Assembly: GCA_041736175.1 (NCBI GenBank)
Contig: JBGSUI010000147.1
Coordinates: forward strand, 1 to 64,000
Direction of reading: 5' to 3'
DNA: 64,000 nt
DNA from: Oligoflexales bacterium
Lineage (GTDB): Bacteria > Bdellovibrionota_B > Oligoflexia > Oligoflexales > CAIYRB01
Both the position numbers and the translations under genes were made by a program. Of the stretch, positions 44,994-55,391 are shown one piece after another. The notes under the pieces were generated by a model that saw only the letters and a list, made by a program, of their open reading frames with translations, had not been told where the DNA came from and did no database searches. Positions within the stretch are counted from its first letter, which is position 1. The number at the start of each line of letters is the position of its first letter.

Positions 44994-46808
44994 TTATGCC
45001 GCTTCCTGCAAAGGCAGATGCATCGACATGCCGTCGACTTCTAAGGAGACTCCTGAACTATCCTTTGAAACCGAGATAGATAGACCTCCAAATTTTAGCT
45101 TTTGGACACGACCGGTTTTAAAGGTTTTTATGTCAAACGAAAATTTTGCTCCAGAAGTTAAAAGCAGATGAATTCGACCTTGTTCGTCTAGATCAACACT
45201 CTCTACCTCATACCGAGAGGCCGCACTCGGGGGCGAATCTGGCCTCCGGGAGTTCTGGGGTGCTGGGTCCACAGGTGATTCTCTCACTAAAGTCGGACGG
45301 GCTGGAGCTGCAGAAGGCTGCTCTGGGGGGGCGTCTTCCAGAACTTCGTTGGCCTCACCTTGAGGCGCGGCATCCATAAGCTCTGGCTCCAGTTCATCCG
45401 AATCAATTTCAAGATTGCTGAAGTCGCCCGGGGGGTTTAAGGAGTTTTGTAGGGCCTCTTCGCTGGGTCCCTCCTCGTTGATTTCAGTTAATTTCATAGC
45501 ATCCTGGCGATCTTCGAGGTTTGAGTCGTCGATCTCAGGCATCGACTCTTCTTCCACGATAGAAGCTACTATTTTCTTTTCAAATTCGTCCGCTTCAGCG
45601 TCGGTGACTTCATCGGCTTTCTCGTCAAATTCGTCTTCGGTCCCGAGATCTGATGGGGCCTTGTCAACTCCAGAAGGATCCGTTGCTTCGGTTGGCTGTG
45701 GGGGAGTTTCTGCAACTTCATCGGTGAGACTCTCTTCAGGAAGTGGGTCTGCCACGAGAGGCTCCTCAGAGAGCGACTCTTCCGACAAGGATTCTTCTGT
45801 CAGAGCTTCTTCCGCCAAGGGTTCTTCTGCTAGCGCGGCTTCTTTCAAACCCTCGTCCTCCACGGGAGATTCTTCCAAAGTGAGATCTTCCGATAACTCT
45901 TCATCATCAAGGGACAGATCTTCCATAGCGAGGTCACCTGGAGCATCCTCTGGATCAACAGATGGTTCTTGCCTTGCACCCTGGTCTTCGCTCCCTTCGA
46001 TGCTCTCAATGTTTGGCATCGCCGAGACTTCGCTGTCTATGGCCAATTCGCCAACTTCGGGCTCGTCAAAAGCAGCCTCGTCGGTCCCAATCAGAGGGTC
46101 AGTAGGTTCGTCCGAAGAGCCTCCTAATTCATTCTCACCTTCCTGGGTCTGGTGGGCATCCTGACTATAGGGCGCTAGGACTTTCACAAACGCAGCCGTT
46201 CCGCTACGCTCCATGACATCCTGGAGGGACTCATCTTTTTGTGCGAGCTTTTTATACAGCTCGACAATTTTTGATATCAACGACGGCACTTTTTCTGCGG
46301 GTACACTTTCTGCCATAAATGACGCCATCTCTGGAATTTGTGAGTTTTTACCGCCTAGACTAATCCGGTATCCTCCGGGTTCGCCGATGATGGAAATATC
46401 AAGTGTATGGGTGGGCACACAGCAGCGACCACAGCCATTGATCCCTATTTTTAAGGGCGAACTCAGGGCCCCGATCTTGAGAAGCTCTTTTGTGAGTTCA
46501 ATGCTTGTCCCCATGGCATCCTGAGCATTTTCGGGGCAAAACTCCCCGGCACAGTTGACTGGCTGGTGGAGACCATCTTGGTAATGCCTTATTCCTAAGC
46601 CGACTGTCTTGAGATCAGCGGCTATTTTTGGAACTTTCGATAACGGAACAAAAAGACCCAAACGTTGATCCTCAGTCGCCTTGATCACAAGAGAGTCTGA
46701 GTCGGCGAGCTGGGCAACCTTTTTAAGTTGGGTAGCGTTGTAAACCCCACCCGGTGCTTCGGTAGACAAAAACAACATTCCGCCGTTTAGTTTGAAAGCT
46801 ATGCCCAT
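44994..46808 (-). CDS. Nitrite/sulfite-reductase-like 4Fe-4S domain fused to a long acidic low-complexity region
   Basis: PGGVYNATQL, TEDQRL, NCAGEFC, KIGINGCGRCC, DISIIG, LGGK. Residues about 220-530 are D/E/P/S-rich. Confidence 0.75.
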   Translation of the reverse strand: MGIAFKLNGGMLFLSTEAPGGVYNATQLKKVAQLADSDSLVIKATEDQRLGLFVPLSKVPKIAADLKTVGLGIRHYQDGLHQPVNCAGEFCPENAQDAMGTSIELTKELLKIGALSSPLKIGINGCGRCCVPTHTLDISIIGEPGGYRISLGGKNSQIPEMASFMAESVPAEKVPSLISKIVELYKKLAQKDESLQDVMERSGTAAFVKVLAPYSQDAHQTQEGENELGGSSDEPTDPLIGTDEAAFDEPEVGELAIDSEVSAMPNIESIEGSEDQGARQEPSVDPEDAPGDLAMEDLSLDDEELSEDLTLEESPVEDEGLKEAALAEEPLAEEALTEESLSEESLSEEPLVADPLPEESLTDEVAETPPQPTEATDPSGVDKAPSDLGTEDEFDEKADEVTDAEADEFEKKIVASIVEEESMPEIDDSNLEDRQDAMKLTEINEEGPSEEALQNSLNPPGDFSNLEIDSDELEPELMDAAPQGEANEVLEDAPPEQPSAAPARPTLVRESPVDPAPQNSRRPDSPPSAASRYEVESVDLDEQGRIHLLLTSGAKFSFDIKTFKTGRVQKLKFGGLSISVSKDSSGVSLEVDGMSMHLPLQEAA

Positions 46809-46849
46809 AGAACCCTATCCTATGTAAGACCAAAAGAACTGTATCTATA

Positions 46850-46876
46850 GCATCGGCGTGAAATTTTTTTTATTGA
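46850..46876 (-). promoter_or_regulatory. Putative sigma28 (FliA)-type promoter
   Basis: Minus strand TCAA-N15-GCCGATGC, about 40 nt upstream of ATG 46808. Confidence 0.55.
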
Positions 46877-47050
46877 GTGAGACTCTGTTGGTATAAGTTC
46901 TCAATCAACCCATTTTAGCGTAAGAAGAGACTATGATATTGGCACAAGGAGTGTTAAAGCAAACACCTTTAAAGTGGTCTAAAGATATTTGCTTTAGGGA
47001 AGGCTGAGGCTCCATTTAAGAGGAGTCTCACTCCTGATTAGTTGAGTTAA

Positions 47051-47950
47051 TCAGTTGAGCTGATCAAGGTAATCCCTTAGCCGTTGATTCATAAGAGCCT
47101 TGGAGGTCCAAAAAGTCTCGGCGAGCTGAGCTACGAGATCCATGGAGCTATCGATAGCTTCAACCTCTTTTTTAAGGGTAGGGCCTGGTATCAAAATAAA
47201 ACCTGCAAAGAGGTTAGACTGTATCTCCAAAACTTCAGAGGGCGAATCTTGGAAACTTTTGAAAAGCCCTACTCCACTGGTGACGAGACACTGAAACAAT
47301 TTCTTGGCCAATAAAAACCTGGAAAAGGGACGCATCTCTCTGAACTTAATGATAAATCTCGGACCTGCTTCCGAATCAACCGACTCCACGGCAACGGGCT
47401 CATTGAGAGTCTCGTCTTCTGCGAGCGTAACCTCCTTAACCAGCTGAAAAATCTCTGGGAGATACACGGGAGCCTCGGTAAAAGTACCATTTTCGAGAAG
47501 GGATTTTGCTGCTTGAAGCACCAAATCGCGGTTCACATCAAAAAGCTCTTCAAAGGATTTAGTAGGAGTGCTTTCAGGCTGCCATTTTGCAGGATTCCTA
47601 AAAAACTCCTTTTTGAGGTTTTCAAGAATCCGGCCCTGGAGACTAAACTCCCCATAGCCACGGTACTCAAAGACTGCTTCTTCGAGACTGACTTTTCCAG
47701 CAGCAATATCGATCAAGAGCCGCTCATCGATTGCTAGATGGTCAGCGATGCTGCGAAGGGTCGCAAGGGCACGGATATTCTTTTTGCCTTTTTTCCAGTG
47801 GCTACAGTCCGCCGGATCATAACCTAAGATAGCGCCGACATCTTGGTCGATGACTTTGACATTGCCTTCGTAGCGGATTTCAAGAGCTTCTTTACAAAAT
47901 TTAAAGAGTGTAGCCGCATGGGGATAGCGGTTTTCAGCTGTCTTTTTCAA
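47051..47950 (-). CDS. XRE-like HTH regulator with degenerate ImmA/IrrE-like C-terminal domain
   Basis: DQDVGAILGYDPADCSHWKKG...LRSIADHLAID is HTH-like. C-terminal RFLLAKKL...EIQSNLFAGFILIP...LAETFWTS...RL. TTG start after GGAGG. Confidence 0.6.
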   Translation of the reverse strand: MKKTAENRYPHAATLFKFCKEALEIRYEGNVKVIDQDVGAILGYDPADCSHWKKGKKNIRALATLRSIADHLAIDERLLIDIAAGKVSLEEAVFEYRGYGEFSLQGRILENLKKEFFRNPAKWQPESTPTKSFEELFDVNRDLVLQAAKSLLENGTFTEAPVYLPEIFQLVKEVTLAEDETLNEPVAVESVDSEAGPRFIIKFREMRPFSRFLLAKKLFQCLVTSGVGLFKSFQDSPSEVLEIQSNLFAGFILIPGPTLKKEVEAIDSSMDLVAQLAETFWTSKALMNQRLRDYLDQLN

Positions 47951-48108
47951 AGTCGATCCTCCCTAACCTGGCCCCATGGGGACTCGGGTCCAATAATGTT
48001 TTGATTCGCCAATTAGATCTTAGGTTATTACAGACGATCTTTGACAAAAGGTCAAGGAAATGGAATCTGTGATTTTTGGCAATAATCAAACAAGTTATGG
48101 GGATCTCC

Positions 48109-48140
48109 CAAAAGACCTTGGCTTCTTTCGAAGCCGAAGG
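48109..48140 (-). terminator. Intrinsic terminator after infC
   Basis: Minus strand CCTTCGGCTTC-GAAA-GAAGCCAAGG followed by TCTTTTG. Confidence 0.6.
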
Positions 48141-48164
48141 GTTTGGAATGACACAAAAAAATCG

Positions 48165-48644
48165 TTAGGGCTTTGATGCCTCAAGGATCGCTATGCTCAT
48201 GGGTCCTGGAACCCTCGACACTTTACAGGGGACCGCATCCACGACTTTTTGGACGAGCTGCTGGGCCCTTTCGGGAGTCTCCCGTTCCCGTCCTTTGAGT
48301 CTCACCATTAGCTTAACCTTATCACCACGTTCCAAGAATTTTTTAATGGAACTGATCTTGGTTTGCAAATCGTGATCGGAGATATTGATTTTGAGCTGAA
48401 TCTCTTTAAGCTCGGAGTTTTTAGTCTTCCCCTGCCGTGCTTTTTTCTTTTCGTATTCAAGTTTTTTAAAATCTTGAATCCGTACAACAGGTGGATCTGA
48501 TTTATCGCTGACGATAACTAGGTCGAGCCCCAAGTCGTCTGCTTGACGTATGGCAACATCTGTGGGAACGATTTCGTTGTAGTCTTCTCCAACAAGTCTA
48601 ACTCGTGGAACTTGGCGGGCCATCGCTCGGGTTAGGATATCCAA
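48165..48644 (-). CDS. infC: Translation initiation factor IF-3
   Basis: VRLV...A..LGLDLV....PPVVRI.DF.K..YE.KKK, LKEIQL..NI..HD...K....KFLE.GDKVK.....GRE. Confidence 0.92.
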   Translation of the reverse strand: MDILTRAMARQVPRVRLVGEDYNEIVPTDVAIRQADDLGLDLVIVSDKSDPPVVRIQDFKKLEYEKKKARQGKTKNSELKEIQLKINISDHDLQTKISSIKKFLERGDKVKLMVRLKGRERETPERAQQLVQKVVDAVPCKVSRVPGPMSIAILEASKP

Positions 48645-48801
48645 GAGCTGTTCACTCCCTTCGTAGTGGTTTAGAGGCTTGACCGGATCGCCTCGAATCT
48701 ACCAAGGGTATTACACTAAATCGTTATTGAAACCTAGTATTAACTCTTAAAATAATGCTAGAATGAATCCCATAACCATCTTTTTCTAGAGGTATAAAAT
48801 C

Positions 48802-49392
48802 ATGAAATTACTAGCAAAAGTTTCCTTTGCTGCATTTCTCTTGAATCTAACGGTCGGAGCGGTTGCCGAGACCTGGAAAATCGACCCCGGACACTCCTCA
48901 GCCCAATTTAAGGTCAAACACCTGCTGGTCACCTGGGTCCATGGCAATATCTCAGGGATTCAAGGGACTGTGGAAAGCAATGAAAAAGACTTTACTAAAT
49001 CTAAGGTTACAGCCACTTTAGACGCTAACACCATCAACACCAACGACCCCAAAAGAGACGAGCACCTTAAAAGCCCAGATTTTTTTAACGTCCCAAAACA
49101 TCCGACTATTAAGTTTGAGTCTAAGTCGATTAGCGGCAAGTCGGGGAATTTTAAACTCACCGGAGCACTTACTCTTAATGGCGTCACCAAAGACGTGGTC
49201 CTCAAGGTGGACGGCCCTACCAAGCCCGTCAAAAGCCCCTATGGCGATAACCGTCGCGGGCTATCCGCTACAACCAAAATCAACCGCAAGGACTTCAATA
49301 TTGTCTGGAACAAAACCCTCGACGGCGGTGGCGTGGCGGTTGGCGACACTGTTGATGTCACCATCGATCTCCAACTCACCGATAAAATCTAA
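48802..49392 (+). CDS. YceI-family polyisoprenoid-binding protein
   Basis: Signal peptide, WKIDPGHS..QFKVKHL, RDEHLKSPDFF, G.LTLNGVTK, INRKDF. Confidence 0.93.
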   Translation: MKLLAKVSFAAFLLNLTVGAVAETWKIDPGHSSAQFKVKHLLVTWVHGNISGIQGTVESNEKDFTKSKVTATLDANTINTNDPKRDEHLKSPDFFNVPKHPTIKFESKSISGKSGNFKLTGALTLNGVTKDVVLKVDGPTKPVKSPYGDNRRGLSATTKINRKDFNIVWNKTLDGGGVAVGDTVDVTIDLQLTDKI

Positions 49393-49666
49393 GCTGCACA
49401 CTGAGTCGGACAGATCACTCATTCCTTGATACAAGATTTTTAGGTTGGGCTGGCAGCGAAGTTAATGTTTGGTCAGCCAAACCACAATCCTGTTATATTC
49501 TAAAGCTACAATTTAACAATTGATTATTAATAGATTTTTAGAATTATCTAAAGTAATATTTTATATTACCGATAGTCTACCTACCATTCCTACATCTAAA
49601 TCTCTGCCACAAACTTCCAGTCATCCACCGATAGTTCATGAAGGCTTTTTACATAAGGGGGCCGTT

Positions 49667-50719
49667 ATGTATGGGATCCTTACTACATTTATTTGTTTTG
49701 CCGTGATCGCCTGCTCAGGATCGACCCCCCTAGGGCCTTTTAAAAAATCCTCTGATAAGGGTCAGACAGTTCCTGGATCCGAAAGTCCGCAGGTGACGGA
49801 ATTCTCCGGATCCACTGAAAAATCATCTGATCCGAAAGAGGGTGACGGAACACAATCTCCCCCCCACGACGATGAGGATACCCCAGCGAGCCCTCCTATG
49901 CCCATTGCCGGGTCCTTCCTCACATCTAGTTGCGAAAAAATAGACCTCAATCCAGATATGCCCTCAAGCCGCACCACCACTCAAACTCAAGTGGGCTGCG
50001 TGGTCCTAGACTCACAAAACCAAGTTTATAATGGTAAAGTGCGCCTCAACCACTTGGAGCTTTACGTCGGTCAAAAAAAACAGCCTCTCAAAGGCCTCCC
50101 CCTCAAAAAGCCCGCAGAAAGTCGCTGGCACCAAATCTTCGAGGTCAAGGACCTAGGAGCCCAAACCATGATCCAATACCGCATCAAAGGTACAGTCGAT
50201 GGAAACCCTCTGGACGTCTATCGAGACGCGAGCGCCTCCCAATTTAAAGGGCCGGACCCAGACTGCCAAAAGGTAGACATAAAGACCGACATGTACAGCA
50301 GCATCATGGACTTTAGGTCTAGCACTAATATCCTCAATCTCGGCCAAGCCCCTGTTGAGGTCTTTGCGGGAACGCTCCTTGACTCCAAGGACAAAATTTT
50401 ACTCGAAAGTGCCCTGGGTCGAAACATCGTTCATGGCGTTTCTTTAGATTCAACCGCCTATTCAGAATGCCCCAAAAATTGGTATCTGGCTCTCACTGAT
50501 CATGCTAACCAGTTTGTCGCCGAATATCACCTTTTCGATCAGAGAGCCTTCACCTTACCTAAGGGATCGTTTAAGATGTGGTTGGGTTACCGGGAAACTC
50601 AAGGGGGTTTTTACCCTTCTAACGAAGGAGGAGTGCTTTTTCAAGGACCATCGCCCCAATCAACTGGTGGATGTCGCTTTAAGTTTGTCCACGAATCCCG
50701 TGCTTGCATTAAACAATAA
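49667..50719 (+). CDS. Hypothetical lipoprotein
   Basis: ATG 49667 follows AAGGGGG. MYGILTTFICFAVIAC lipobox, then a Ser/Pro-rich linker. Confidence 0.7.
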   Translation: MYGILTTFICFAVIACSGSTPLGPFKKSSDKGQTVPGSESPQVTEFSGSTEKSSDPKEGDGTQSPPHDDEDTPASPPMPIAGSFLTSSCEKIDLNPDMPSSRTTTQTQVGCVVLDSQNQVYNGKVRLNHLELYVGQKKQPLKGLPLKKPAESRWHQIFEVKDLGAQTMIQYRIKGTVDGNPLDVYRDASASQFKGPDPDCQKVDIKTDMYSSIMDFRSSTNILNLGQAPVEVFAGTLLDSKDKILLESALGRNIVHGVSLDSTAYSECPKNWYLALTDHANQFVAEYHLFDQRAFTLPKGSFKMWLGYRETQGGFYPSNEGGVLFQGPSPQSTGGCRFKFVHESRACIKQ

Positions 50720-50749
50720 TTAATTTTATTTAGAAAGCAGTGAAATCTT

Positions 50750-51808
50750 ATGACCGCTGACCAAAGCAAAGATTCAGATAGCATCCCCAACAAGTCGCTT
50801 ACACAGGGGGGAGCCGTTCTCGTCACAGGCGGCTGTGGTTATATCGGCAGCCATGTATGCCTTGCATTGAAAAAAGCAGGAGTTGAAACGATCGTCGTCG
50901 ACGACCTTTCCATGGGGTTTCGGGATGCCATCCCATCAACAACCACTTTTTATCAGCAAAACTGTGGCGACGTACAAGCTATCACGGAAATTATAAAGCG
51001 CCATAAAGTCCAAGCGGTCATCCACTTTGCTGCTTCCATCGCTGTCGAAGAAAGCGTCGCCAATCCCTATTTTTACTATAGCAATAACACCTGCAATACC
51101 CTACGACTTATCCATGCCGTCACTGGGGCTAAAGTACCTTCCTTTATCTTTTCCTCGACTGCTGCCGTCTATGGAACTCCCACCACGGCTACGGTTCAAG
51201 AAATCCAACCCATCAAACCAGAAAGCCCCTATGGACACTCCAAAGCCATGTCCGAACAGATTCTCCAAGACCTCTGTCGCGGGACTGATACTCATTTTGT
51301 TATTTTGAGATATTTTAACGTGGCTGGCTCACACCACTTTGGCGGCATCGGCCAACGGAGTAAAAAAAGCACCCATCTGATTAAAGTGGCGGCCGAGGTG
51401 GCCGTGGGACAAAGATCTCAGATGGTTATCTATGGCAGCGACTACCCCACTCCCGACGGCACCTGCGTGCGCGACTATATTCATGTGGACGATTTAGCAC
51501 AAGCTCACCTCGCGGCCTTAAAGTACCTAAACCAAGGCGGTACAAGTGATATTTTTAACTGTGGCTATGGCAAAGGCTATAGTGTCAAGGAGGTCCTCAA
51601 AGCCATGACCCAAGTCTGTGGCCGAGATCTTACGACCGTCACGGGTCCCCGCCGAGCCGGTGATGCTGTTCAAATTGTTGCAGACCCGGCCAAGCTCATG
51701 CACACTATGGATTGGACTCCCCGTTACGACAATCTAAAGACCATTGTGCAGGACGCCTATCAATGGGAACTCAAGCTAACAGAAGAGCGCTTTCCTGGGC
51801 ACCCCTAG
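50750..51808 (+). CDS. galE: UDP-glucose 4-epimerase
   Basis: GGCGYIGSH, HFAA, SSTAAVYG, YGHSK, LRYFN, DGTCVRDYIHV. Confidence 0.95.
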   Translation: MTADQSKDSDSIPNKSLTQGGAVLVTGGCGYIGSHVCLALKKAGVETIVVDDLSMGFRDAIPSTTTFYQQNCGDVQAITEIIKRHKVQAVIHFAASIAVEESVANPYFYYSNNTCNTLRLIHAVTGAKVPSFIFSSTAAVYGTPTTATVQEIQPIKPESPYGHSKAMSEQILQDLCRGTDTHFVILRYFNVAGSHHFGGIGQRSKKSTHLIKVAAEVAVGQRSQMVIYGSDYPTPDGTCVRDYIHVDDLAQAHLAALKYLNQGGTSDIFNCGYGKGYSVKEVLKAMTQVCGRDLTTVTGPRRAGDAVQIVADPAKLMHTMDWTPRYDNLKTIVQDAYQWELKLTEERFPGHP

Positions 51809-51840
51809 GCCTAAGCCAACTCATTCCCGTCAGGATTGAC

Positions 51841-52521
51841 ATGATCAAGGCTTTTGTTGCTTTTTTACTCCTATCAGCCTCAAAATTAGCATTTGCCTTT
51901 GGCATGCCAGCCCTTACGACCATCACGGGGCTCCTTTTGGAGACCGCCATCCACGAGTCTGGCCATGCCCTTACGGCCTCCTCCTTAGGGTGGACCATCG
52001 ATGACTTTCGACCCTACCCCAATATCTGCGGTGGCAGGCTTGTGGGCGGGTGTGTTCTGACCCACACGGATCTAAAACCCTACGATCCTGATGGACAAAT
52101 GAACAGGGAGTATCAGGCCCAGAGCCGTGCCATCGCCGCCGCTGGTTCTCTTTCCAGCCAACTAGGAGTCCTAATCTTTGCACCCCTTGCGGGCAAACTC
52201 AATGGGACGAGTTTTTGGGGGTCAGCACTCCGGAAAATGGTTTACTTTCAAAATCTGGATTGGATCTTTTATACGGTCACCGACTCCCTTTCTAATTTTC
52301 AGGGTGACTGGTACTCGGTTGCAAAAAGCGTCAATGTGCCAACCTACTATTTTGTAGCGCCCGCTGCTGCGAGCTACTGGGGCCTTAACAAATACCGCCA
52401 AAAATTTATCAAAACCGACAAAGAACCCGCCTCAGGCAGCAGTCTCAAGGTAGCCCCACAGCTTGGCTTTATGGGCCGAAGTGTACCTTCTTTTGGATTA
52501 AAACTCGCCATGACCTTTTAG
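51841..52521 (+). CDS. HExxH-containing membrane/secreted protein (M50-like metallopeptidase)
   Basis: Signal-like N-terminus, IHESGHAL, IAAAGS, GDW. Confidence 0.6.
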   Translation: MIKAFVAFLLLSASKLAFAFGMPALTTITGLLLETAIHESGHALTASSLGWTIDDFRPYPNICGGRLVGGCVLTHTDLKPYDPDGQMNREYQAQSRAIAAAGSLSSQLGVLIFAPLAGKLNGTSFWGSALRKMVYFQNLDWIFYTVTDSLSNFQGDWYSVAKSVNVPTYYFVAPAAASYWGLNKYRQKFIKTDKEPASGSSLKVAPQLGFMGRSVPSFGLKLAMTF

Positions 52522-52539
52522 GAGCCTCTGCGAGGCTCC
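52521..52539. terminator. GC-rich hairpin between convergent genes
   Basis: GGAGCCTC-TGC-GAGGCTCC is a perfect 8-bp stem between the HExxH gene stop and the fusA stop. No clear U-tract. Confidence 0.45.
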
Positions 52540-52568
52540 ATCTGGCGGAAGCCTCACCTACCTGAGAA

Positions 52569-54665
52569 TTAAGTACGCCCTGTTATCTTCTCAAGAGTCT
52601 GCCGCGATACTGGCTCGTAATGGCTAAACTGCATGGAGTAGGTCGCACGGCCCTGGCTAACCGAGCGTAGCTGGGTGGAATACCCAAACATCTCGGCTAA
52701 GGGAGCCGTTGCATCCACCACTTGAAGGTGCCCACGCATACTGACTTGGTTCACTCTCGCATGGCGGCTACTCAGGTCGGTGATGATATTAGATAGGTAC
52801 TGGTCCGGTACCAACACTTCAATCGCCATCACGGGCTCTAAAAGCGCCGGCCCCCCCTTTCGCAAAGCGCTGCGCACCGCATTAGCCGCAGCAATCTTAA
52901 AAGCTAGCTCATCAGATACTCCATCGAGGTTTTGCCCATCTAAGACGACACAACGAACGCCAATCACCGGAAAACCAGCGATCGGACCTGCAGCTAGACC
53001 TTCAAAGGCTCCGGACTTGACTCCACGGACAAAAGCGGGAGGAATCTTTTGGGGAGGAGCTTTACATTCAAAGCTAAACTCCGCCTGCTCGATTTTGTTA
53101 TCATTACTAAACAATGGCGTGATTTCTAACTCAACCCCTGCGAATTGGTGGAGTCCCGCAGTCTCTCGTTCAAAGATCTCTTTTTCCCTGGCTGCCTGGG
53201 TGATCGTTTCCCGATAAGACACCTGGGGCGCTCCCACATTGGCGTCTACTTTAAACTCCCGTCGCAAGCGATCGATAATGATATCTAGATGAAGCTCTCC
53301 CATCCCACTCATCAAAGTCTGCCCTGTCTCCATATCGATCTTGACTTTAAACGTGGGATCTTCGGCGGTCAGACGGTCCAGGGCTTTAACAAGCTTTTCC
53401 TGATCAGCTGTGCTTTTGGGCTCCACGGCGACGGCAATCACCGGCGTCGGAAAAACCACGGATTCGAAGCGAATGGGATGCTTTTGATCACAAAAAGTAT
53501 CTCCGGTCGCCACCCCTTTTAACCCTGCCAGGGCGACAATATCACCAGCGCCCGCTGTTTTGACTTCTTCCCGGTGATTAGCGCTCATAAGCAATATCTT
53601 AGAGACTCGTTCCCTTTTGAGGGTCCGACTATTGAGATAGGTGCTCCCCGACTCCATAACACCACTATAAATCCTGGCGTAAACAAGTTGGCCTACAAAG
53701 GGATCACTGACGATTTTAAACATAATGGCGGCAAACGGCTCTTCGATTGTTCTCTCTCGCTTAAGCGTTTGTTCTTTATCGTCCGCTGACATTCCCTCGA
53801 TCGCGCCTAAATCAAGGGGTGCAGGAAGATAATCAAGGATAGCATCCATCAGGGGCTGGACACCCTTATTTTTAAAGGCTGACCCACAAAAGACAGGCAC
53901 CAATTTGAAGTTTAGTGTTGCAGCCCTCGCTGCTGATTTCAGTTCGTCTACAGTGATGGTTTCCCCCATCAAAAACTTTTCTGTAAGAACCTCATCGGTT
54001 TCCGAAATACGCTCCACCAGCAGCTCTCGAGCTTTTTGGGACTGAGCCACCATATCCTCTGGAATCTCGACCACCCTATAGTCGTTGCCTTCATGTCGCT
54101 CTTGGTCCCAAACCAAGGCTTTCATCGTCATAAGGTCAACAACTCCTGTGAATAACTCTTCCCGACCGATGGGCAATTGGAAAGCAAGGGCATGCCCCCC
54201 TAACCTCTCAATGATGCTGGTAACCGATGCTTCAAAGTCAGCGCCAACTCGATCCATTTTGTTTATAAACGCGATCCTTGGAACTTTATAGCGATCAGCT
54301 TGCCTCCACACGGTCTCTGACTGGGGCTCTACCCCGTTAACCCCATCAAATACCGCGATCGCTCCGTCCAACACCCGCAGCGACCTTTCCACCTCGACCG
54401 TAAAATCCACATGTCCAGGAGTGTCGATAAGATTGATGCGGCAGTCTTTCCAGTAACAGGTGATCGCCGCCGCTGTAATGGTGATACCCCGTTCTTGTTC
54501 CTGAACCATCCAATCCATGGTGGTGTTGCCTTCATGGACTTCACCGATTTTATGGATCTTTCCCGTATAATACAGAATTCGCTCTGTTGTTGTCGTTTTG
54601 CCCGCATCGATATGGGCCATGATTCCGATATTCCGATATTTTTGGAGCTCGATTTTTTTACTCAT
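52569..54665 (-). CDS. fusA: Elongation factor G
   Basis: [47 protein letters not shown]. Confidence 0.98.
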   Translation of the reverse strand: MSKKIELQKYRNIGIMAHIDAGKTTTTERILYYTGKIHKIGEVHEGNTTMDWMVQEQERGITITAAAITCYWKDCRINLIDTPGHVDFTVEVERSLRVLDGAIAVFDGVNGVEPQSETVWRQADRYKVPRIAFINKMDRVGADFEASVTSIIERLGGHALAFQLPIGREELFTGVVDLMTMKALVWDQERHEGNDYRVVEIPEDMVAQSQKARELLVERISETDEVLTEKFLMGETITVDELKSAARAATLNFKLVPVFCGSAFKNKGVQPLMDAILDYLPAPLDLGAIEGMSADDKEQTLKRERTIEEPFAAIMFKIVSDPFVGQLVYARIYSGVMESGSTYLNSRTLKRERVSKILLMSANHREEVKTAGAGDIVALAGLKGVATGDTFCDQKHPIRFESVVFPTPVIAVAVEPKSTADQEKLVKALDRLTAEDPTFKVKIDMETGQTLMSGMGELHLDIIIDRLRREFKVDANVGAPQVSYRETITQAAREKEIFERETAGLHQFAGVELEITPLFSNDNKIEQAEFSFECKAPPQKIPPAFVRGVKSGAFEGLAAGPIAGFPVIGVRCVVLDGQNLDGVSDELAFKIAAANAVRSALRKGGPALLEPVMAIEVLVPDQYLSNIITDLSSRHARVNQVSMRGHLQVVDATAPLAEMFGYSTQLRSVSQGRATYSMQFSHYEPVSRQTLEKITGRT

Positions 54666-54700
54666 GTGCCCAATCTTTTCTGCGATTTTTCTTTATACGC

Positions 54701-54780
54701 AAAAGACCCCATAACCATTCCCTAGATTCCTTCGCTCTCTCTGAGCTTTTCGGATTAGAAAACTCTTTATGGGGTCTTTT
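54701..54780. repeat. Perfect 14-bp inverted repeat in the rpsG-fusA intergenic region
   Basis: AAAAGACCCCATAA (54701-54714) and TTATGGGGTCTTTT (54767-54780). Confidence 0.85.
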
Positions 54781-54795
54781 AGTTAACTTTGAAGT

Positions 54796-55284
54796 TTACC
54801 AGCGATAATGGGCAAAAGCTTTGTTAGCATCGGCCATCTTATGGACGTCTTCACGGCGCTTAATGGTAGCCCCACGCTTGTTAGCCGCATCCAAAAGTTC
54901 GGCAGCAAGCCTCTCACCCATAGACCTACCAGCCCGCCCCCGAGAGAACTCAATCAGCCAGCGAATCGCTAGTGCCTGACGTCTCTCAGGCCGAACCTCG
55001 ACAGGTACTTGGTAGTTAGAACCACCAACCCGGCGAGATTTAACTTCAAGAAGGGGTCGTGCATTATCTACAGCCGCATGGAAGACTTCCACGCCACTTT
55101 TGAATGGCCCAAGATTCTGAAGACCTTTGGATTCAATGATATCAATCGCCCCGTAAAATGCTTTTTCCGAGGCTGACTTCTTACCATCGATCATCATGCA
55201 GTTCATAAATTTACTGACCAAAACATCATTGAATTTTGGATCAGGTAGGACGACTCTTTTCGGTATCTCGCGACGGCGCGCCAT
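54796..55284 (-). CDS. rpsG: 30S ribosomal protein S7
   Basis: [36 protein letters not shown]. Confidence 0.98.
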   Translation of the reverse strand: MARRREIPKRVVLPDPKFNDVLVSKFMNCMMIDGKKSASEKAFYGAIDIIESKGLQNLGPFKSGVEVFHAAVDNARPLLEVKSRRVGGSNYQVPVEVRPERRQALAIRWLIEFSRGRAGRSMGERLAAELLDAANKRGATIKRREDVHKMADANKAFAHYRW

Positions 55285-55297
55285 GAAACTCTCCCAG

Positions 55298-55360
55298 TGA
55301 CCTAAGCACTTTTGACCATTCTTAATGACATTATGCTTAGTGACATTATGCTTAGTGACC
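55298..55360. repeat. Short tandem repeat in the rpsL-rpsG intergenic region
   Basis: TGACATTATGCTTAG exact at 55326 and 55341. Degenerate TGAC-started units at 55298, 55313 and 55356. Confidence 0.8.
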
Positions 55361-55391
55361 TTAACGACTCAAAGGAACGACTGTAAAACCA

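Noticed and set aside
45415..46164. 249-aa Ser-rich ORF on the plus strand
   Set aside because: It is the antisense shadow of the acidic low-complexity region of 44994..46808.
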